Positions 55,121-64,000 of a stretch of DNA of 64,000 nt are shown here, in pieces. Location of the stretch: positions 119,660,001 through 119,724,000 of the forward strand of contig OX597815.1 in the NCBI GenBank assembly GCA_951406725.2, given 5' to 3'. The number at the start of each line of letters is the position of its first letter. Positions within the stretch are counted from its first letter, which is position 1. The notes beneath the pieces were generated by a model. It saw only the letters and a list, made by a program, of their open reading frames with translations, had not been told where the DNA came from and ran no database searches. The translations under genes were made by a program, and so were the position numbers. The DNA is from Octopus vulgaris (lineage: Eukaryota).

Positions 55121-57425
55121 TATTACAAATTTGGGATTTTACCAATAGGACCACAACTTCAATTTCAGGACAACTTCCTTACTATAACAGATCATGAAAA
55201 GAAGCAGGATATAATACAAAAATTAAATTCTATAATAATTTCAGACCAAATAATAATACTAGGAATCATCCTAATGCTCAAACTAACTATAGAGGTAATA
55301 GCAAAGATAATAATAAACAATTTAAGGAAAGGAACAAAGATAAAAATAATATTAGTATAAATAAAAATAATATTAATAAAAATTATCATAGTAAGGATAA
55401 TACCAAAAGAATTCGAATGGAAATAAGCATAATTATTATATACCCACGAAGAATACAATGACAAGAACAATAATAATAAGATGAATTATAATAATAGTAA
55501 TATTAATTATAAAAAACATAAGGAAATAATATGGTTAATTATCCCTTATGGGGTCCAAATCAAAACTAACTTAAAGAAATTCTGAACATAATTAAAATAT
55601 CCTTTAAAAAGAATAAAGAGTATTGGAAAATATTCTCAAAAAAACTATCAGAGTGGGATTTTCAACAACAAGAAACATTAGTAATATTACATCCTCTATA
55701 AACAACGTCAAATTAAATAAATTCTATAACAATTTAACTAATATTAATAATAGCTACAGAAGAAATATAACAAACAAAAAATATAACCTTATACTAAAAA
55801 AATGCACATGTAAAGATAAATCAAAATTTAGACTTAATAATAACTGCAACCTAGATAATGTAATTTATAAATGCACTGTAACCTCTAATAATAAGAAGAG
55901 AAAAGAATATATAGGATCTACAGTGAATGAAATTAAAAGAAGAATTTCCCAGCATTATTAATCCTTTAAAAATCCCAATTTAAGTAATTCTACAGGTCTA
56001 AGTAAATATATATGGGAACTGAAATCTGAAAAAATAGAATACACTATGAATTCGAATATCATTTGTAGAGCGGTCATATAGAATAGGTAATAAAATGTAC
56101 TTGTTATGCACTACTGAATTTATGAAAATACTCCAGTCGAAAGAAGTATTACTGGACAGTACAGAAGAGAGCGGGAAAAATGCCAACACAAAAATAGCTT
56201 TACATATAATAAAATGAAAAATATATGAAAAGATACCCCCCCCCCCCCCAGTATGTAATCTCATAAACAATTATGAGGAAGATAGTTAAATGTAGTTTTA
56301 ATAGAATAATATAATAGTATTAGATACGGATATACCTAAAACTAAGAATAAATGTAAAGAATATTACCTTAAAAAGGATTAAACAGGCCACATATTAAAT
56401 AAAATAAATCTCTAAATCTTTAACACTAGAAAAAGAATCCAATTATACCTAAAGATAAAGTATCTTATTATCATCTCCCCTTGAATTCAACCTCTCAAAC
56501 GATATTAGTCTTAAAGAATTTTTTTTAGAGTAGTGTATTTTATTCCCATAATACTTAGTGTAGGACAGAAGGTGCAGCCATTTGCACAGGTTAAAGAAGG
56601 AGTAAACATGCAGATAAGTATTCTTCCTTTGTTAATTGCAGTAAATAGTTTCATTTACTAGTTTTATTCAATAAATTTATAACATATATAGAGGTTTTTT
56701 TACTTACTAAATCATTTTTTACTTACATTTGACATAATAATGGTAATATATACTAGTATTGATAGGGGTAAATTTAACAATAAATTAGTAATTCCCATAA
56801 AGTTTATATAGATAGGTGGTTTAATTTGACTTGTTTATAAAATAGTTGATGAGGGTGCCTTTATGTTTAGCACTTTCTATATATATCACTATTGTATTTT
56901 TAGGTGTTTAATTTTATTAAATTTTTATGAATTTTTAAAATTTTATAATTTTTTAATTTTTAAAATCTTTTATATTTTGTAAAAATGTATTAGGAAGTTA
57001 TATATATTTATTTTTAGTCTTATTTTTAATGAAGATATATTTGAATTTGTAGGATTAAGTTGGATCCGTTAATAATAATAATAAAAAGAAAACTAGCCTG
57101 AGGACGCACTGGTGAATTTATGTATTAGGTATATCCTGGTAAAACAAACTACCAGGGCAGAAACATGTGTAACATTAATTAATATTATCTTCTTTTCCCA
57201 CAGACTAATAACAGGTAAGGTATAAATATTTCTTGAAATATGTTTAAATAATTTTTAATTAATTCTATTGTACTTTATGTTATTGTACGTTATAGTAGGC
57301 TTTAAAATGCTTATATTATTAGATTAGTATTTTGGATATAATTTTCTATATGTATTCCAGAAAATGAGGTTGTCCTGAAATTGAAGTTGTGGTCCTATTG
57401 GTAGAATCCCAAATTTGTAATAATA
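55121..57425 (+). mobile_element. Penelope-like element: GIY-YIG 3' part, pLTR and inverted terminal copy
   Basis: CTC..C..NVIYKC...YIGST...RISQH...LSKYIW; hammerhead-like CTGAGGA 57098...GAAACATGTGTA; 55121-55175 is the inverse of ~57368-57423. Confidence 0.85.
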
Positions 57426-57534
57426 ATATTATAATTGATACTGCTTGCTTTGCATTAGTAAAGTGTAAAATAGTAAATATCCTGATAACCTGGAATAATT
57501 ATTCCCAAACTCTTTTTAAAATATTCATATATAT

Positions 57535-58378
57535 ATATAATGGAACAAAAATGCAATAGAGAACAATAAAACATTCAGACAATGCAAAGGTGGACAGGAG
57601 AAACAACAATTAGAAGGACAGGCAAAAAAGATGGGTCATTCGTGGCCTTCTTTCATTAGTCAAGTACACCAGAATTCCTTACTATTTCGGGCAGTTACAT
57701 TTGAGGCAGTTCGATCTGGCTACCCCCAAAAAAGTGTAAGCTAAGAGCATTAGATTTTTTTGTAAGAATGCTAACGAATGTGTACAGCAACAAAGATAAG
57801 AAATGGAGAACATGGCATGCAATTACAAATACAAGCAACAAGAAAATAACAATAGGTGTCTCTCAACTGAGAACAAATCAAATTGAGCTGGCGTGTATGG
57901 AGTGAAAGCCTAAAGGCAGGAACATAGGAGATGGACATAAAAGGTGTTGTCGGTTGGCAGTCTGGCCAGAAAGAAGGATCATGGCTGGCCAGACACTGGT
58001 CATGTGGAAGGAGAAGAGAGGGGTAGTGGGCAGTGGGATTGAAGGATTAGAAAAAAATCAGATACAAAGGGAAAGGGACAAGGGGGGAAAAGGCAGGAGT
58101 TAATGAAAGAGAGGGCCAAGAAATGTGTGTGAGAGAGAGAGGGGGGAGTGAGAAAAAGAGGAAGTAAGTATGAGGGGGAACTAAAAGATGGAGTAAGAGT
58201 CGTACAAAATTTAGATACATACCTACTATAAGGTGAACACATGTGTGCACGTACACTGCTACCTGTATATATATAAATATAAATATAAAAATAAAAACTA
58301 TGGAACAAAAACACAATAGAGGACAATAAAACATTTGGACAGATAGCTGATACATAGGCAGACAGGAGAAACAACTAT

Positions 58379-58380
<2 letters not shown>
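57535..58380 (-). mobile_element. Repeat with partial terminal direct repeats (pLTR-like)
   Basis: ATGGAACAAAAA..CAATAGAG..CAATAAAACATT...GACAGGAGAAACAAC at both ends; related to 27835-28112. Confidence 0.55.
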
Positions 58381-58449
<69 letters not shown>

Positions 58450-58470
58450 GTGTATGTACATGTATGTGTG

Positions 58471-58509
<39 letters not shown>

Positions 58510-58514
58510 ATACC

Positions 58515-58860
58515 AAGGATATGCTTGTCCATACTGTTAAGGAGATGAAAGTAACTTGACCATAGAGCATAATCAACAATAGAAGGGAAACCCATTACAA
58601 GTTGATAAAAATCTCAATTACTTCCAATCAAAACATGAACTGGATGGAAGTCAAAAAAAATCTTCAAACTACAAAGGCCTTGAAATAGAAGTAAACAAGA
58701 CATCAAGGTTGAAAATATAAATGGTACCAATGACAATTAGTGCATTGGGTATGAAAAAAAACGATGAATAAAAACATAGGCATTAACCCAAGGCTCAAAA
58801 CTATCTCAAAAGATAGGTGCAACACTCATTATATATATTCAACTGGAAATATTTGCCATT
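58515..58860 (+). mobile_element. Decayed R4/Dong-like REL endonuclease fragment
   Basis: DMLVHTVKEMK...YKGLEIEV...VPMTISALG resembles WDxPIHTD...KYKDLEIE...PIIVGALG. Confidence 0.65.
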
Positions 58861-59589
58861 GAATATTACAACTTTCACAATAGGTATTCTATGCAGTTGC
58901 CTTTCTCTTCTATGAGAGATTTTGTAACAATTAAGATCAACTATAAAATAATACAAGAAGCAATGAAAATATTGGTGCTCAAAGTAGTCTTTGGGATTAT
59001 CTTGTCAAACCAGCCAATCCATGTCATCATGGAACATGGACATTAAATAGTGTTGATAACAATGATGTTGATGGTATATATGCATTTGTACGTACATACA
59101 TACATAAATAATAAATACATACATACATACATATATACATACATGCATGCATGTATGCATGAATACAGGTATCAGGAAGCTCTGTTCTTGAGAATCTTAT
59201 AGAGTAGAATTTTATAATGCAAAACATTTTTCCTCGTTGCTTTCCATTTTATAAATTGAGATGCATTCTGACAGGTTTTTTTAAAGAAACACAAACAAAG
59301 GGAGACAAATTTTTGCACAACTATAGGAATATTTAAACACACATAGCACTGTATAGATATGTAAGAAACATTTGAAAACAAATATAGAATAAATAAGAAT
59401 ATGGTAATATCATTGTAGAGTGGTTAATTGCCTACAAAGATGTTGACTGCTGTATGATGGAAGATGATGCAATGGAAGTTACAGGGAAAAAGAAAGGCAA
59501 GAGCACTATCTTCTGTCTTGATAATCAACATTATTATCAATTAGTGTTTACATCAGGAGTGAATAATTTATCCAATGTTGTCTGATGTT

Positions 59590-60060
59590 TACAATACCCC
59601 ATCTCTTTGTACAGCTCAGTGTAAGAACTGAGCTAATTATGAACTTCTTGTGTAATTTTTATGCTACATTCATAATTAGGATCATTATTAGCAAATACAT
59701 GCACATCTTTTCCTTTGAGTGCCAAGTCTTTAGCCATATTCTTGTAATCAGCTGAAGAAGAATAATGACACTTCTATATCATCTTTCATTGCAGCTTGCT
59801 CATATTCTAACAGCACAAACTTCTCATCAAATAAATTTTCATTACAAAACTATTATAACTCAACATCAACTTCTATGAGTTCTTCAAAGCCTACAAATGC
59901 ATGAAAATATTGTTGCCAACTTTAGATTTTTATAAAATGTTTGAATTTTCTTCCTACACCAAGCATTTCTGAAACATCAGGTTTAATGTCCATAGTAATA
60001 CCTTTACGGCTATTTGTTATACTACTTCAGTTCCATTTGATAGCCTCTTTCCTGTCATTG
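59590..60060 (-). mobile_element. Internally deleted Tigger/pogo transposase relic
   Basis: RKGITMDIK (N-terminal HTH start) joined to FVGFEEL.EVDVE...FANNDPNYECS...YTELYKE (Tigger C-terminus). Confidence 0.65.
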
Positions 60061-60783
60061 TTAATGTAAGTAAAGGCTAATGTTGTATGTGTTTGTAGTT
60101 AAACTCAACATTGGAGATAGACAAGAAATCACATGAAATTGTAACACAGCAGAATCTTTGGAAAGTAATGATCTGCGATGGTAAAAAGTGGGGGCTTCTT
60201 ACTTCACACACGAAAATGGAATTGTGAAAGTGAAAAGTGATGATATACAATACATAGCATGATGTGATCAAAATTAGTAACACAACTTAATGAAAGGAAG
60301 GTGAGAGTAATGAAGAGGTAAGGTCATTTGAATTGGTGCATGCACAAATAAGGGTGAGGTGGAAGAGGTAACTGGTTGTTGTTAATAATGTTGAGAGCAA
60401 TGGCAAACAAGGTGTAGGGGAGGAGGAGGGCACAATCCAGCATTAGCAAAGAATACTACAAAGAGTGAAAAATAAAAAAAAGTTTGAATGAAAAAAAGAA
60501 ATTTAAAGAATTGATTTGGCTGTATAGAGAATGGTGACAGAAATAATGAGGGAACTGACCAGATGTATTAAAAATATCATAACAAATATGTATTATTTAA
60601 AAGAAAAATATTTACGTACACACATACACACACACACTCACTCATGTACATAGATCAGGATTTTATTTTGAAAATTTTGAAAATTTACCTGAGCTTTCAT
60701 AGTCTGGAATTCAACCATCAGAGATTCTATAGCACAAGTGGGTGCCTCTAGCATATATATATCTGTGTGTGTGTGTGTGTGTT

Positions 60784-60817
<34 letters not shown>

Positions 60818-60939
60818 TGCATGTATGAATGTATATGTGTGTGTGTATGTATATATATATATATATATACATCTTTATATATATGATATGTATGCATATA
60901 TATACATGCACATATGCACACACAAACACACACACACAC

Positions 60940-60997
<58 letters not shown>

Positions 60998-61437
60998 CAT
61001 GTAAACTCAAGAACAGCTGCAAATTACAAATGTAATTTATAAATTTGACAGTAAAAGTGGAAGCCAAAACTTTATGATCTTAAATGTTAGATTGGCCATT
61101 TGAGCACAACATTTTGATTCAAGTTTGCCACATGGAGCAATTGCAAAATTATCAACAGACAATATATCTATATTGTATAAACTTCCTTACAAAAATAGAT
61201 GAATAATTATGGAAGCAAATTTATATTACAACACAAACACAAATAAAGACACAGGCAATATACAAATTACAAATAAGCAATGAGCATAATTAAAAATATG
61301 TAACTCTTAATGATCAAAATATTTGCCAATGACATCAAAATTTAATGGTCAAATTCTCCTAGTAAAGTTAGCATAAATAAAGTCAATTGGCAATAAAAGA
61401 AGTCACATCACTTCTTATCCAGATAATGTTTATGAAT

Positions 61438-61730
61438 GTAGCACGTAAAATGCACCCATTACACTCTTGGAGTGGTAAGTATTAGGAAGGGCATCCAGTC
61501 ATAGAAAGCATACCAAATCAGACTGGAACTTGGTACAGCTCTCCAGCTTACCAGTTCCAGTCAAACCGGCTAACCCATGCCAGCATGGAAAACAGATGCT
61601 AAATAATGATGATGACGATGATGATATATATTATATATATACATCATCATCATCATTGTTTAATGTCCTCCTTCCATGCTGGTATGGGTTGGATGGTTTG
61701 ATGAGAGCTGGCCAGGCAGGAGCCTGCACC
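61438..61730. mobile_element. Tail-to-tail RTE 3' ends
   Basis: Plus copy ends in (GAT)n at ~61625; minus copy begins with (CAT)n at ~61642. Confidence 0.8.
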
Positions 61731-61767
61731 ATGAATGTATGTGTGTGTGTGTATCTATATATATTAC

Positions 61768-61817
<50 letters not shown>

Positions 61818-61819
<2 letters not shown>

Positions 61820-63345
61820 TAAAACGGTAAGATAACAAAAGAAAGAAAGAGACCTCAATATTATGTAAATAGAGGAAATTTATCTATACAAAAATATGTT
61901 ACATTACTCGATAGTCAAGATAAAACTCTGAGTTTCAGATGCCGAAGTGGGAATCCACGACATCTCTTCGGTTATCTGGCTATTTGAAAACGCTATGAAA
62001 AAATACCGTTATACAAAGGGAAATTACTGTGTTATAACTCTGCTTGCCTGCGTACTTATACATCGCTCACATTTTTCGCCATAAAAATTATATATATAAA
62101 AATACATAAAAAATATATAAAAAATATATAAAAATATATAAAATGTATGATAGAAGGTGTGATGAGGTAAAAAAACCTTCTTGGGACATAACATAGAAAG
62201 CATGTTCTATCTGTTTTCTTTAGGGGACCAAAAATGTAACAGAAATTTAGTCACGTATGGGCATGATCCGAAAAGTTCTGTCCTTGTGTTTAGACATGTA
62301 GTAGGGTCTAAGCTGCTTTTCCAGATAAGCCATCTCTCCATGTCGCATAAACCGCACCTTCCGCTGCCGTTGGTATAGGGCTTACATTGGGCCAAAATCT
62401 TCCAATGTATGTTATAATCGACACCTTTATCTCTTAAAGACCAAATATGATTAGATAATTGTGTCGCTTTTCTTTTGTTCCAGTGCCTAAAGCTCAAAGT
62501 ATGGTTATTGAACCTGGCCTTGAAGTTACCCTCTGTAAGGCCCATGTATTTCTTCGTCGAAACGGTGTCGTTAGTGGTTATAGAGTCTACGGTAGCTTCA
62601 TATATGATGGTCTTGGACATGCAAGCTCCATTTAGCGGGCACAATTCTTTATTCCTGCATGAACAGCTGTTTTCTTGTTGTGTCTTTTGTATGTTATGTT
62701 TGATTATATTTTTAAAATTGGTAGTGGAACTAAAACTAATTTTTAAATTGTGTCTATTGAAGAGTTTCCTATAAGTATGGTTAACTGGAAAATGTCTATC
62801 TATCAGTGCTAGGGAATATTTACCTATATTGAAGGCCACCTCGGGTGAGTAAGGGGGCATAAACTAGATGACCTTCCTATTTCTATTATTCCTTTTCCTT
62901 ACTGTTGGGCTAGTAATGGGTGTATATGTTATTTTTTCTATAAAACCACTATCTTTTAAAGCCTTATTATAAACTGGGGCAACGCTATTGAAGATGTCCT
63001 TACCAGAGGAGAGGCTAGAAATCCTCTTACTAATAATTGTAACTAAATTTTTGAATACTATAGGGGGATGGCATGAACCTACATTAATATAACTTAGTCT
63101 ATCATTGGGCTTCCTATAAGGCTTATAAATATTCTTATTAAGATCTAAGGAAACGTCTAAGAAATTGACAACCGTCAGGTTAGTATCTATAGTTATACTA
63201 AGTCCGAAGTATTTCATTACCTGGATAATATCCTTCCTAAAACGATCTTGTGCTGGTCCATTTGTATTAGCTGTTAAGGCGAGGGCTTCATCTTTGTAGA
63301 TGGTGAAATGTACGTCAGGGAATGTCTTACCTAAGGTATCTAGGA
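61818..63345 (-). mobile_element. Penelope-like element: RT C-terminus, GIY-YIG endonuclease and pLTR
   Basis: IYKDEAL (YxDD remnant), FLDV, YRKP, HPP, CSC..CPLNGAC, IIYEA..YMGLT..ARFNNH, RCGLC; in-frame TAG at a conserved Trp; hammerhead-like motif at 61919-61976. Confidence 0.92.
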
Positions 63346-64000
63346 GAAAAAGGTGTTCTGTTTTTAATTTATATTTTTAATTTATATTTGATATATTCTC
63401 TCACCTCTGCTACTATCCGGCATATACAGGTGCTTACACTTATCAAGTATATATATATATATGTATATATATATGTGTGCATCTGTCTATCTATCTGTGT
63501 ACACACAAGTGCACACACAAGTGCACACACAAGAAATATTCTATTGAATATACTTGGTCAAAAATAATTGCAGTTTTTCTGTTAAACATTGTTTATTGGA
63601 ATTTCTTTCCAGTTGCTTCTTACTTTTTCTTTTTTTATTTCTTTTTTGGCTAATTATCTGCAGAAACATCAAATGCATACTTCCTGTTAATTAATCTATG
63701 AGTATTAAACATAAATGTCTTTTTCATTATATGTGAAAGATGGATGGTATCTATAGACTTGGTTTTGACTCTCTTAACCCAAAGGTAAGGATTACTAGGT
63801 GAGGTTGTTGTAGTCACCGTGACTACCGTGTAGTCACTGGTTAGAAAGGAAAAATTTTGGTAAGAAGGAATTCCAGCATGATGAAGCTTTGGAGAAGATT
63901 AATTAACCTGAGTGTCATGATGCTGTTTTAGCTCTTGCTGCTGTTGTTGAGGCTGCTGCTGTTGTTGTTCAGGTTTAGCCCCTGGTTAGCTCTTACTAAG

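Noticed and set aside
62861-62866. In-frame stop in the PLE ORF as possible selenocysteine recoding
   Set aside because: The codon is TAG at a conserved Trp position, not TGA at Cys; no SECIS is evident.

Overview
AT-rich, microsatellite-dense animal DNA. The SINE and LINE families resemble those of Octopus (coleoid cephalopod); this is recognition from memory, not a database result. No intact host protein-coding gene is visible, and nearly all ORF-track entries are microsatellite or repeat artefacts. The stretch ~3.5-18 kb is comparatively TE-poor and carries promoter-like motif clusters, minus-strand splice donors and a candidate recursive splice site, consistent with the 5' regulatory end of a minus-strand gene whose coding exons lie outside the window. 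The stretch ~18-64 kb is a nested TE landscape: tRNA-derived SINEs, TTAA MITEs, mariner and Tigger relics, R4/Dong fragments, a decayed Gypsy LTR element inserted in a Penelope RT, a 5'-truncated RTE LINE and several Penelope-like elements (PLEs). The most notable signal is a set of short PLE-derived inverted-repeat units in (TA)n/(CA)n tracts that carry type-I hammerhead ribozyme motifs from several unrelated families. At least one (41773-41866) looks structurally intact. Repeat boundaries are by-eye estimates.
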